A stretch of DNA of 64,000 bases, taken from assembly GCF_009914755.1 (NCBI RefSeq), contig NC_060927.1, one strand, 5' to 3'. The translations under genes and the position numbers were made by a program. Positions 1-13,485 of the stretch are shown piece by piece (within the stretch, counting starts at the first letter, position 1; each line of letters opens with the position of its first letter). A model generated the notes under the pieces. It saw only the letters and a list, made by a program, of their open reading frames with translations, was not told the DNA's origin and did not search any database. Source of the stretch: the human T2T-CHM13v2.0 reference genome, Homo sapiens.

Positions 1-68
1 CTACTCTCCCCTCACTCATAACTCAAGTCCCCTGGCCTCCTTGCTGCTCCTTTAAAATGCCAACTGTG

Positions 69-364
69 GGGCTGGCAAGATGGCTCATGCCTATAATTCC
101 AGCAGTTTGGGAGGCCAAGGCAAGTAAATCACTTGAGGTCAGTAGTTTGAGACCACCCTGGCCAATACGGCAAAACTCTGTCTCTACTAAAAACACAAAG
201 ATTAGCTGGGTATGGTGGCTGGCACCTGTGATCCCAGCTTCCTGGGAGGCTGAGGCAGGAGGATCGCTTGAGCCCAGGAGGTGGAGATTGTGGTGAGCCA
301 AGATCACACAACTGCACTCCAGCCTGGGCAACACAGCAAGACTCTGTATTAAAAAAAAAGAAAA
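69..364 (+). mobile_element. Alu (old, AluJ-like)
   Basis: dimeric Alu with A-rich linker and A tail. Confidence 0.9.
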
Positions 365-720
365 GCCAAGCATACTCCTTCCATAGGGCCTTTGCATCTC
401 CTGTTCCCTCCACCTAGAACACTATTACCCCAGACACCAGCATAGGCCCATCACTTTCATCATTCAGGATCTAACCCCATGGCCACCTTTGAGTACCCTA
501 TATAACAGTGCCTTTCCTGTCACTCTCTGATCCCTCTGCTTTAGTTTTCTTCTTTTCATATTGCATGGCTTGTCCATAGAATGACCTTGGACATTAGGCT
601 TAAAAATTCCACACCTTCCTGAGAGATATACACAATTTAATCTGAAATCTCTAAGAGTTGTGTGGCCTTTAGATTCTGAAGGGGGAGAAAAAGCCAAATT
701 CTGGTCAAGTTCATGTGTTC

Positions 721-1270
721 TGTATTAGTCAGTGTTCTCTAGAGGGACAGGACTAATAGGATAGATGTACATATGAAAGGGAGTTTATTAAGGACTATTG
801 ACTCACACGATCACAAGGTGAACTCCCACAATAGGCCGTCTGCAAGCTAAGGAGCAAGGAAGCCAGTCTGAGTCCCAAAACCTCAAAAGTAGGGAAGGTG
901 ACAGTGCAGCCTTCAGTCTGTGGCTGAAGGCCTGAGAGCCCCTGGCAAACCACTCATGAAAGTCTAAGAGAACAAAAGCTGAAGAACTTAGAGTCGGATG
1001 TTCGAGAGCAGGAAGCATCCAGCACAGGAGAAAAATGGAGGCCAGGAGACTTAGACAGTACAGTTTTTCCATGTCTCTCTGCCTGCTTTTATCCTAGCCA
1101 CACTGGCAGCTGATTAGATGGTGCCCACTCAGACTGAGGGAGGGTCTGCCTCTCCTAGTCCACTGACTCCAATGTTAATCTCCTTTGGCAACACCCTCAC
1201 AGACATACCCGGGAACAGTACTTTGTATCCTTGAATCCAATCAAGTTGACACTCAATATTAATTATCACA
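721..1270 (-). mobile_element. ERVL solo LTR, MLT2A-like
   Basis: TGTATTAGTCAG...TTCTCTAGAGGGACAG start and CCAATCAAGTTGACACTCAATATTAATTATCACA end are the reverse complement of MLT2A termini. Confidence 0.85.
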
Positions 1271-2058
1271 CACCTTTATCTACAGAGTGAAAGAAATGCA
1301 AAAACCAACAGTGTATGGGTGAGAAGTCATGAGTTACATGAATATAAAGAATGTAGGTGAAGCCACCACTTCTTCTTAAGGCTTCCCTTAAGAAGGAATT
1401 CAGCTGGCCCATTAGACACCCCAAGATCTAGCCATACCTTAAACTCAGCAAACCCCAAACTTGAAAGTGCCAATATCACTGCTTCCTTTAGGATTAAGCA
1501 TATTTCGACCCTGGGGAAATTTATGATTTTTTAAATATTTAAGATAATCAAGTCATAATATTAATATGTGTATAAATATTTCATGTTAAAATGTATATTT
1601 TATGTGCTTATTATATTTACAAGAATTTGGTCTATTAGAATGAACAGATCAGCCTAGTACTCATTTCAAATATGTAATTGAGTAATAATTGATCTTGGCT
1701 TAGAATTTTAATTTGAGACCTTATTAAGTTTATACATATTGTTAGAATATTTAAGACACTTTAAAAATTACATTTATTCTCTTAATTTAATAGATTTATA
1801 TAAATTACTTAGGTACCTAGGAAGATTTATCAATAACACAAATGAGCTTACTAAAAAGTGAAACTGAATACAAAGAATTTATAAATGTACCTTAAAATGT
1901 TTGATAGTGTTGGAATTAATTGAGTTCACAAATGGACTCAAACATTCAAATGATCTTTAAAAATGACGGCTCACAGTTTTTGAGACTTACAAGTAGACAT
2001 ATAAGCTGAACTTAAAGCCTTGCTTTTTAAAAACATGTGCCTTTCGTAAATTAATCAT

Positions 2059-2375
<317 letters not shown>

Positions 2376-3487
2376 CTAAAACCAAGATACACTTTGAAAT
2401 GGTCTTTTCTGTGCACCAAAACCATCGAGGATTTCAAACATTACTTATTTATCTCTTTTATGCCTCATTAGAAAATAAGCCCCACAAGAATGAGTATTTT
2501 GCCTAATTTATCGCTGGACTCCCAGTTCTTAGGGTTGTGCCTGGCATGTAGCAGGTGCTTAGGAAAATTTTGTTGCATGAAGGCAAATACCCTTTGCCCT
2601 GAGTCCTACAGGATTGCTGGGTGCATCCTAAAGAGACTAAAGCCCAGTGATTGCCTAGAAGACACCCAAGATCCTGAATCAAGTTAGATCCAAGGGTTTG
2701 GGGACAGTCTTAGGACATTGATTTCCTGGGCCTTCTGCTCCTCAAAGGCACCTATGCCTGCTACCTCCTCCATGAAGTCCTGCACTGTACCCAGAGTATG
2801 TTACACTGGGTACATGTAACATGACTCAACATTGTAAGGTTACTTTTGTGCTTGTTTCGTTTCCTCTCCTGGTGGGCTGAAGAGTTCTACATTTCTTTAT
2901 CACCCAACTCTCTCACATGCCTTTTGAATGAGTGAATGAACTAATGGACAAACGAATGGTGCTTTCGTAAAGCATACTTTTGTGCTTATGGCTCCATAGA
3001 GATTAACGGCCCAGGCTTTAGAATCAGACGGAATGAGCTCAAACCCCAGTTCCGAGGCTGGTGGTATGTGACTTCAACCCATGTTTAAGAAATATTGTGA
3101 GTATTGCATGCTTTAAAAATAAACATTAACCTCAATCTGCTTACCAGGCAAGATAAAGGGAAAAGCTAAACTCAGGGCACCAGTGGAATCATTTAAAATT
3201 GTTTGCTTAAGATATGTCAATAGATACCTGCAGATGTGAAGGCTTACCAGGACACGCAGGCCTTTTAGAGAAGAGCTTCAGTATGGTTTACATTTCAGCC
3301 TCAGTATTTATAAACAGAACAAAATCCGGAGGGAAGAAGCCTGAGAAGATAAGCCTTTAGGTAAATAGTTCCAGAGGCACCAGAAGCTGCTTCCTGGGAT
3401 GGGCCAGTAAGGCTTAACAATGGGGAGGTTGGGTGCAGTCGGAGAGTAGGGTGGGAAGGAGAAGTGGAATAGACCAGGATTTCAGAT

Positions 3488-3650
3488 CAGTACTTCTTAA
3501 GTTTTAAAATGTATTAAAATCAGCTGGCGATCTTGTTAAGTACAGCTTCTGATTCATAGGTCTGTGCTGGGGGTCTAACATTTTGCATTTCTAACAAGCT
3601 CCCAGGTGATGTTGATGCTGCTGGTCTGTGGACCACACTTTGAATAGCAA
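3488..3650. mobile_element. MER5A (hAT-Charlie MITE)
   Basis: TGCATTTCTAACAAGCTCCCAGGTGATG...GGACCACACTTTGA motif. Confidence 0.8.
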
Positions 3651-3824
3651 CATTCTCTGGCATGAAAGCATTATATATCCCTCCAAAAAGAGCAGTGAAG
3701 ACAGAAGTACAAACAAACAATCCCCTCCCCAAAATACAGATAGTGGCCAGTACTTTGTTTTTATTCTCATCAATTTAGGTGTCTTAGAAACTGTATCTTA
3801 ATATAAACCACATTGAAAAAATGC

Positions 3825-4310
3825 TCAATTTATTTGCTCAACAAATATTTATTGAGAATCTACTAAGTGCCAGGGCTTGTTTCAAATTTTTAGGGTACAG
3901 TAGTGAGCAGCTTGCCCTTGAGGAGTTTATATTTCAGTGTGGGAAGACAGACTCATAAACACTTAAAGACATACACAAGCCAAAAAAAAAAAAAAAAAAA
4001 GCTGAAATTGCTTCAAGTTGCGATAAATGCCAAAGAAAATAAAACAGGGCTATGAGTCAGCAAGGGGCTTGGGAAGAAGGGCTTTTGGAAAGGGCTGAGA
4101 AGTAGCCAGCCACAAAAAGTTCTAGGGGGAGAGTGTCCATTTGAGGGATAGCAACAGTGTGGTTGATGTGTAGTGACCAAGGGGGAAAGAAGTAGACAAG
4201 GGCAAGACTATGGTAAGCAACTAGGGTTTTATTCTATTTGTGATGGAGTTTACAGGGTTTTAAGCAGGAGAGTGATATGAACAGTTAAAAAGATAATTCT
4301 GATCAATTTA
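3825..4310 (-). mobile_element. L2 fragment
   Basis: CAACAAATATTTATTGAG...TGCCAGG L2 3' end in antisense, followed by diverged L2 body. Confidence 0.65.
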
Positions 4311-4829
4311 AATATCATCAGTAGTGGCACAACCAGCCATTTTGTGCCTCCTAGAATTTGGAGGACACGGTGTCACTTATGAAATAGTCTTGCTGAATGT
4401 AATTAAGGCTTTAGATCTAGCATCTAGTTTATAAGAAACACAGGAGTTAGCGGATCAAGTTAAAGTACATCACGAGAAAGTACACCAATAAATCCAGAAG
4501 ATGGGATCACTGGCCTCCTTTTCACCAAATTCGTAGCATGAAAACAAAGGAGGTGCTTTAGAAGAGAGTTAAGAGAAATAACGATCAAATGTATGCAACA
4601 TGTGGATCTTAATTGGCTCACGGTTCCAATACACCATCTGTAAGAGACATTTTGGGACAACTGGAAACATTTTAGGATGGAAACAAGGCCTTAGGAATTA
4701 TTTTAATTATGTCAGATGTCATAATGGCATTGTGGTTAGGGAGAAGAATGTTCTTATTTTTTAAAGATGAATATTGAAGAAGTTAGGAGTGAAAACTCAT
4801 GATGTTTGAATTTCTTAATGATTTGCTTC

Positions 4830-5622
4830 TAATGAATAGAATTTAGCAAAAGGGGTGGCATGTCACTGTTATGGTTTGGCTGTGTCACTACCCAAATCTC
4901 ACCTTTAATTGTAATAATCCCTACATGTCAAGGAAGAAGGCAGGTGGAGATAATTGAATCATGGCGGATGGTTTCTTCCATATTGTTCTTGTGGTAGTGA
5001 ATAAGCCTCACAAGATTTGATGGTTTATAAATGGGAGTTCCCCTGCACAAGACCTCTTGCCTGCCACCATGTAAGACTTGACTTTGCTCCTCATTCGCCT
5101 TCTGCCATGATTATGAGGCCTCCCCATCCATATGGAACTGTGAGTCAATTAAACCTCTTTCATTTATAAATTACCCAGTCTCAGGTATGTCTTTATCAGC
5201 AGTGTGAGAAGAGACTAATACAGTCACCTCTGAGATTAGGTTATAAAAGGGTGTCACTTCCATCTTGCTGTCATTTTCTTTCAGGCTCTTTCCACTTGCT
5301 CACTCTGAGGAAGCAAGTTGCCATGTCATGAACTGCCCTATGTAGAGATCCAAGGGACTGAGGGCAGCTTCCTGGCCAACAGCCCCGAATTCTGCCAACG
5401 ACCATGGGGTGAGCTTGGAAGCAGATCCCTCTACAGTCAGCCTAGAAATGACTACAATGCTGGCCAACGTCTGATTGTAGTCTACGTAGTCTGTGACCTT
5501 TCAGGATCTCTAAACCATACCTGGATTCCTGATCCATAGACACAATGAGACAGTAAATGTGTGTTGTTGTAAGCTCCTAAGTTTCAGGGTGATTTGCTAT
5601 GCAGCAATAGATAACTAATATA
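4830..5622 (+). mobile_element. older MLT1 MaLR LTR interrupted by the THE1 LTR
   Basis: GTCAC..TGAGATTAGGTTATAAA continues across the insertion; ends GCAGCAATAGATAACTAATA. Confidence 0.75.
4867..5222 (+). mobile_element. THE1 (THE1C-like) MaLR solo LTR with 5-bp TSD GTCAC
   Basis: TG..ATGGTTTGGCTGTGTC start, GACTAATACA end; GTCAC at 4862-4866 and 5223-5227. Confidence 0.9.
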
Positions 5623-5820
5623 CCATTATATAGGTAGCCCATTTAACTAATCTACTATTAAGGGGCATTAGGTTATTTCTAAGACTTTGCTATTGAAAAG
5701 AATGCTACAATACACTTCTATTAGTCCTATTATATTTTAAGGAAATTATTTTTAAGTTACACTTAAAAATTTATGATTTTGAGAATTAACAAATTGCCCA
5801 TTGCAGAGGTGGAGAACACT

Positions 5821-6114
5821 TTTTTTTTTTTTTTTTAGATGGAGTCTCGCTCTATCACCCAGGCTGGAGTGCAGTGGCGCTATCTTGGCTCACCGCAAAC
5901 TTCGCCTCCCAGATTCAAGTCATTCTTCTGTGTCAGCCTCCCGAGTAGCTGGGATTACAGGCATGCACCACCATACCTGGCTAATTTTTGTATTTTTAGT
6001 AGAGATAGGGTTTCACCACATTGGCCAGGCTGGTCTTGAACTCCTGACCTCAAGTGATATGTTTGTCTTGGCCTCCCAAAGTGATTACAGGTATGAGCCA
6101 CTATAAGTGGCCCT
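5821..6114 (-). mobile_element. AluS-like with 16-bp TSD
   Basis: AGAGGTGGAGAACACT at 5805-5820 and 6115-6130. Confidence 0.92.
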
Positions 6115-7579
6115 AGAGGTGGAGAACACTTTTGCAAATACTGAGTACTACCAATGTTTTCATCATTCGATAGATGAAAAAAATTCTCATTGATCTTTTA
6201 ATGTATATTCCATTGATTATGAAATAAATTGGGTGTAATTCATTTGCTTGTCATTTCCTTTAAGTTTTCTAAAAATTGCCTGTGTTTTCACCATATTTCT
6301 TCTTTTTCCTTTTATTCTCATTCTTTCTCTTTCTTTCTTCTTTATTTTGACTGTTCTTTTATTTTTCTTCAGCAAACACTTTTTTTAAAAGCAAGTTATT
6401 TATCTTTGTAAATGGAAATAATGCCTTAATCTGGCAAATGTGTGGAGAACATTTTTCTCCCAGTTTAGAATTTATCTTTGGACTTTGTTTATGGATTTCT
6501 TTATTTTTTCATATATATATATTTTATTTTTATATGGTTAAATTTTTAACTTTTCTTCCTTATAACTTCTGAGTTTTGCATAATTTCTAAAAAGATGTTC
6601 TTACTCAAAGATGCTGCCAATGAGAATGATGATGGTGATGCCGGAGGGAGGAAGAGAGGAGGAGGATGATAAATACTTGCTTTATGTAATATATTATGTG
6701 CCAGTTACTGTTCTATGAACTTTGTGCATATTTCACTTAATCCCTGAATTACCCTGTAAGGGAAGTACCATTATAACCCCAACTGACAAACGAGGAAACT
6801 GACGTCTAGAGAGAAGTAAGTTGTCTAGATTTTAGAGGCTGTGATCTTTACCACCATGCACTTGCAAAGGCTGTTTTTGATGCTGTTCCTCGTGGGTTTT
6901 ATGCCAACACAGAGCACTTTGGTCTTTGTGACTGCAAAGCCAACTCCATTTCTTGGGTGCCAGGGGTAATTATAATGCTTTTTCATGACCAAAGAAGTCT
7001 TTTATTCCATAGAAAAATGGAGCCATAAATGATTTAGCAAACACAAGGAGGCAGAAATGGAAATCGTTGCTGAAAACCGGCTCTTATCTGAGCGATGAAT
7101 TGGGGCTGGAACAAGAAGCGTGGCCTTTCAGAATTGCTCACATCCTATACCAATTAAGGGTTTGGGGAAGCCGACAATGGCTTCCTGTTGTGGAAATCAC
7201 TTTGAAACATGTAGGCTGGTAGTTAAAGCCATTAGTTCCTCTTGGGCTTCAAGGACAACTACAAAGAAAATATTTTGTAAATTGCGCAAGAAGCATGGAT
7301 TTGGAAACCCCTGGGTTAGCCCGAACTGGTCAAGCAATTGCTTTTAACAGTATTTCCTAAATGGACTAATACCTGGTGGGGAGATAGAAAACAAACCTCA
7401 CTTCAGAAAGACAACTTAGGGCTTCTTAAAAGCTGCAGGTCTCTCTGCCTCAGACAACCATTGAGAGAAGAGCTAGGGTCTTTCCTTGGACAAAGAGTTT
7501 TCATTTCAGTCTCAAGATTGAGGGGATGCAAATAAGCCCAGCACTTCTTGCCTGACCTTTCCTTGTTGAAAAGCTCCTG

Positions 7580-7881
7580 CATCATTCTCAGCAAACTATC
7601 GCAAGGACAAAAAACCAAACACCACATGTTCTCACTCATAGGTGGGAAATGAACAATGAGAACACCTGGACACAGGAAGGGGAACATCACCCATCAGGGC
7701 CTGTCATGGGGCAAGGGGATGGGGGTAGGGATAGCATTAGGAGAAATACCTAATGTAAATGACGAGTTAATGGGTGCAGCACAGCAACATGGCACATGTA
7801 TACATATGTAACAAACCTGCACATTGTGCACATGTACCCTAGAACTTAAAGTGTAATAATTTAAAAAAAAAAAAAAAAAAA
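7580..7881 (+). mobile_element. 5'-truncated L1PA 3' end with poly(A) and TSD
   Basis: L1PA 3' UTR (GGGTGCAGCAC...GTACCCTAGAACTTAAAG); AGCTCCTGCA flanks both sides. Confidence 0.92.
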
Positions 7882-8511
7882 GAGCTCCTGCAGAAAACCC
7901 AGAAGGACACCCAGGCAGGCATTTCTATGTGCCTTGAAGTCATACTGAAAGTTGAGATACAAAGAGCAAGAGAATAGGAGGCAAGTCGAAGTCACTAACT
8001 GGAAAATTGCTTTATCTCGAGTTCTCAGGGGCCTATGGCTCTTAACCAGTGGCAGCTAATACGAAACATAGTTGAGCACTCACCGGAAACGTTCCAGTCG
8101 GGACTAATTTTCTTTCTTTCTCCGCTTGCTCTTGTGAAGCAAGGTTATAAATTTTCTCTTCTTTCTGTGAGGTAGCTTGCTGGTGTGAAAAGGCAGTGTG
8201 GCAAGAATGAGGAGGTGTTGGCTCTAGTTTTGGCACTGCGTTTTAACTTCTTTAATGTCCTGGACACAGCTGCTTTGAATCACACCTACATTGAGCTGTT
8301 AAGACCCCGGGTTTGAGAGCTGACTCTCTTACCCTTTGATTCCCTCATCTTTAAAATGGGAATAAAAATAGCAGCTCCCTCAAAGAGCTATCATGAGGGT
8401 TCCACGAGAGGCCATGTGCAAAGCATTTACAAAGCTCCTGGCAGGTTTCAGCTCAGGGTGAATGGTGCCCTCCAGAGTTGTGCAGAGGATCAGTTCTGGC
8501 CTGTCACGTAC

Positions 8512-8604
8512 TGCATTGGTCTAGGTCAGGGTTCTCCAGAGAAACAGAACCGACAGAATAGATAGAAATGGAGATAGATCTATCTCTAGGTCGATCTATC
8601 TATC

Positions 8605-8646
<42 letters not shown>

Positions 8647-9076
8647 ATCTATGTATCTATCTAATCTATCTGTATCTCTATCTGTCTATCTATTATACCT
8701 ATGGAGAGAGAGAGATAAAAAGAGATACTTTAAAGAATTGGCTCATGTGACTGTGGGGGCTGACAAGTCCAAAATCTGCATGGCAGATGAGCAGGCTGGC
8801 ACCCCAGGGAAGAAATGGCATTTCAGCTAGAGTCTAAAAGCAGTCTGAAGACAGAACTCCTTTCTTTGGGGACATCTATCTTTTTCTCTTAAGACCTTCA
8901 TTTGACAGGACGAGGCCCACTGACATGATGGAGGGTAATATGCTTTCCTCAAAGAGTACTGATTCAAATGTTAATCACATCTAAAAAATGCCTTCACAGC
9001 AACATCTAGACTGGTGTTTGACCCAAAACTGGATACTATGGCCTATTCAAGTTGACACATAAAATTAACCATTACA
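8512..9076 (-). mobile_element. MLT2 (B/C/D-like) ERVL LTR containing a (TCTA)n microsatellite at ~8580-8700
   Basis: CAGGGTTCTCCAGAGAAACAGAACC start; CAAGTTGACACATAAAATTAACCATTACA end. Confidence 0.8.
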
Positions 9077-9089
9077 CATAGTAAGTGGT

Positions 9090-9745
<656 letters not shown>

Positions 9746-11124
9746 ATGGTCAATAAATGTAGTTAATATTCTTCTTATGATATAGTTATTATTTCTGTTG
9801 TTGCTGATCTATCTATATGCCCTTTTAGGCCCCTTTTAGTCTTGATATCTTCTGTTGAACAACGTGCATCTGCATTTAGGGAAAGGAAACAGAAAGAACT
9901 GCAGTATTGTGCAAGCAAATGGAACCTGAGAAGGATATAAACAGGAAAATCCAGTTTTCTCAACACTTGGTCATGGAGTTGAGATGAAAGTTGGGCCAAC
10001 ACCTTCTCCATAATAACCTTTCCCAAACTAAAACACAGATTATATGTAGCATTTATGTATTACATAAACTTCAAATAGCTAAGAGATATTGAGTACTTAC
10101 TATATACCAGCCAGTGTTCTGAATGTTTTAATTAACACAATAAGCTTCACAGCAACCATATAATGCAGATGCCGGTGCCAATATGTTCCATCTCACTGAT
10201 GAGGAAGGTGAGTCCAGGGAGTGTAGAGATCTTGTCCAAAGTCATACAACTAGGGAGTAGGGGGACCCAAATAAGCCACTGTGTCCTGTTCTAGAGCCTG
10301 TAGGTCCTGACCACACGTCCAGCATGCAAAAAATTGTAGGGCTAAAGCAATGGGATGAGGGACATTGCCACTGCCTAGAGACTCCACTGCTGTGTGGCAA
10401 GGACACTGTAAAGGTGAGTCTCTCTAGTGTGCATAAAGGTCTCTTGGAGAGCCTGTTAAAAACTTGGATTCTCAGGTCCCACCTCTAGAGAGACTGATTG
10501 AGTAAGGCTGGGGTGTGTCCAGGATCCACCTGGGATCCCACTAAGTCTCCTGCTTTTGCCCTGGTCATGTTGGGGCTCACAAGGCTCTCAGAGGTGCATC
10601 CATTCTGTGGAATTGTGAAGCTGAGCAATAAGCACTGAAGAAATATCCTGGCTCACTAAGAAAGATGAAGACAGCACTGCTACCAAGTATGCCCATGGAA
10701 GTTTCTGTACCTAATAATGGCTCACGTACTAAAAGTCTGTCATAAGAGAGGTCTTATGAGCCTTGACAAAGTCATGAGAGACATCCAGAATTCAGTGTAC
10801 CAACACCTAGCACTATAAGAGTTCTATGTCCTAGGAAGTATGTGTAAGACTGCAGAATTCTTGTCAAGTTCAAAAGTCTTTGGATCAAAGCAGAAAGAGA
10901 TTTGTATATAACAGCCACATACAAAATCAATCAAGCAATAAAATGGCTGCAGACTTTGGAATGTAGTCAGAAAAATTAGGCAATACATGGAATATGAATC
11001 CAGGAACGTGGGCTATGGGAACACCCCTCGCTTGAAGTTAAGGGTCACTGACGTAAAGTCCAGTGTGGCTTGTTGGGGATTTGGACAGACCAGCATCTGG
11101 TCCTTAAATGTTTGCAGAAGGGGG

Positions 11125-11630
11125 AGTAGATAGAATAACGGCCTCCCGAGGATATCCATGTCCTAATCTCCAAAACCTGTATACATGCCTTTATATTACT
11201 TTACATGGCAAAAGAGACTTTGCAGATGTGATTAAGTTAAGGATGTTGAGATGGGAAGATGATCCTGGGGTACCTGGCAGGCCCAGTGGAATCACAAGGG
11301 TCCTTACAAGAGAAAGACAAATGAGTAAAAGCCAGAAAAAGGTGACATGATGATGGAAACAGAGGTCAGAGAGAGAGGGAGATTTGAAGATACTATACTG
11401 CTGGCTTTGCAGATAGAAGAAGGGGTCATTAGTCAAAGAATGCAGGCAGACTTTAGAAGCTGGGAAGGGCAAGAAAACAGACTCTCCACCTAGAGCCTCC
11501 AGAGGGAACGCAGCCCTGCTGACCCATTTTAAATATCTGGCCTCCAAAACTGTAAGATAATAAATATGTGCTGTTTAAAGCCACATAGATTTGAAGTCAT
11601 CTGCTGCAGCAACATAGGAAACCAATATAG
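11125..11630 (+). mobile_element. MLT1C/D MaLR LTR
   Basis: GGCAAAAGAGACTTTGCAGATGTGATTAAGTTAAGGA...CAGCAACATAGGAAACCAATA. Confidence 0.8.
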
Positions 11631-12058
11631 AAGGCTTCCCTCAAATTTACATGGGATGATCTCATAGTTTCCTTAGTTGGAGTAAAAAGAATTTCCCTGG
11701 TTGTCTTCCACCCCAGACCTGTGCCCAAGGTAACCTCTGGCTCTACAATAGGTATTATGAGCACACAACTTTTATTCATGCCAAGAGTGAGATCTGAGAC
11801 ATAAAAATCTTCAAAGACACCAGAAATATTAAGAAGAATATGTTAAAACTTAGTGGTTTATATTGTCATGATGTTAAAAATTCGAACTTTTATAGTGGCA
11901 GCTTATAATGCCAGTTTAAAACGTGTCATTGAGTACTTGATTTAGATTTGTGATTTTAAGTCAAAACTACACTACATTAATTTTCTATTTTGGAATATTT
12001 TAAAGAACTTTAAGTCCATTGATTTACATAATATTCATATTCTATATATGTGTGTATT

Positions 12059-12061
<3 letters not shown>

Positions 12062-12097
<36 letters not shown>

Positions 12098-12304
12098 GGT
12101 TCGAGCAATTCTCCTGCCTCAGCCTCCCAAGTAGCTGGGATTACAGGTGCCCACTACCACGCCCAGCTAATTTTCGTATTTTTAGTAGAGACAGGGTTTC
12201 ACCATGTTGGCCAGGCTGGTCTCCAACTCCTAAACTCAGGTGATCCGCCCGCCTCGGCCTCCCAAAGTGCTGGGATTACAAGTGTGAGCCACCGCGCCTG
12301 GCCT
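12062..12304 (-). mobile_element. (CA)n microsatellite abutting a 3'-truncated Alu (12098-12304)
   Basis: direct reading. Confidence 0.85.
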
Positions 12305-12974
12305 AAATCATTTAAGTATTCAGAAAGGTTTGCTGAGTGAGATAACTGAAGGACCTAAGACAGAAATATAATCTGTTAAATGTACAAATGTGATACAAAA
12401 TATTTCAAGCCTTTTAATTAAGTCACAAATAAGACAAACATTAGTCGAAAGGTTTTTTTAAAGTAATTGAAGAAAACTAGGCTAGTAAATAAATAAAATG
12501 ATAGAATTTGTAAGTTTGAATCAAAAGTTTAAGGAACAACTAGGTTTCTGAACTGTAAATGTAATAAACTGAGTATCAATTCTTTTTACACCTAACCATC
12601 CTTGACCACGCTGAGACATCTCATATCAGTGGCCTATAAGGCATTTGATCCTAAGTCCAAACCAAGTGGCAGGATGCAAGTCACATATGACGATGTACAT
12701 TTCTGCGCAAAGTCACTGTTTCTTTCCCATTGTAATTGGATGCCCTTCTTATTAGCACTTTGAATATTTGTTCCTTTTGTTCCTACTGGAAATCACTGGG
12801 GTGAATAATGTTATAAAACCAGTTGATTGCCTACCTGGCAGACCAACATGCCCCTAGAGCTACAGCAAAAATTGCCTTCAAAACTTTTTTGGAAAAATCA
12901 GTATTTGATATTTAAAAGGAAAAGTAATATACATGGAAAAAGACCAACTTCCTGGTCTGGAGTTCTTGTTTAAA

Positions 12975-13215
12975 AGATGGGGCCTCGTTATGTCATCCAG
13001 GCTGGAGTGCAGTGGCACAATCATGGCTCACTATAGCCACTAAATCCTGAGCTCAGGCAATCCTCCCAGTTTAGCCTCCCAAGTAGCTAGGACTACAGGC
13101 ACGTGCCACCACACCTGGCTAATTTTTTAACTTATTTGTAGAGACAGGGTCTTTCTATCTTGCCCAGGCTGGTCTCAAACTCCTGGCCACAAGCAATCCT
13201 ACCTGGGATTATACT
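12975..13215 (-). mobile_element. AluJ-like, partial
   Basis: CAGGCTGGAGTGCAGTGGCACAATCATGGCTCAC. Confidence 0.8.
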
Positions 13216-13357
13216 GAGTCACTGCATTTTGAGATGCATCTTGGAGTTATCTGTCATTTTGAGGTACATATTCGAGGGGAGCAGTATCATCTTTTTAGGG
13301 CTTAGGACTTCTAAGGATCATAAGCCGCTTTGCAAAATGACCTCTAAGATGAGAAGA

Positions 13358-13485
13358 GCACTTGCTTGGGCAGCACATATACTAAAACTGGAGTTGTACA
13401 GGGAAGATTAGTGTGGCCCCTGTGCAAGGATGACACACGAATTCGTGAAGTGTTCCATATTAAAAAATTAAAATAAAATAAAATA
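13358..13485 (+). pseudogene. U6 snRNA processed pseudogene with A-rich tail
   Basis: gcacttgcttgggcagcacatatactaaaactgg...gattagtgtggcccctgtgcaaggatgacac...ttcgtgaagtgttccatatt aligns along the full U6 length with many substitutions; (A/TAAAA)n tail. Confidence 0.93.

Noticed and set aside
23-413. Alu-derived ORFs here and at the other Alus
   Set aside because: Typical Alu translations (LECSG, PASAS, WDYR); not genes
8580-8700. Regular short repeats as a CRISPR-like or coding array (also 27560-27750, 58340-58480)
   Set aside because: Simple microsatellites or low-complexity DNA with no repeat-spacer structure; the genome is eukaryotic
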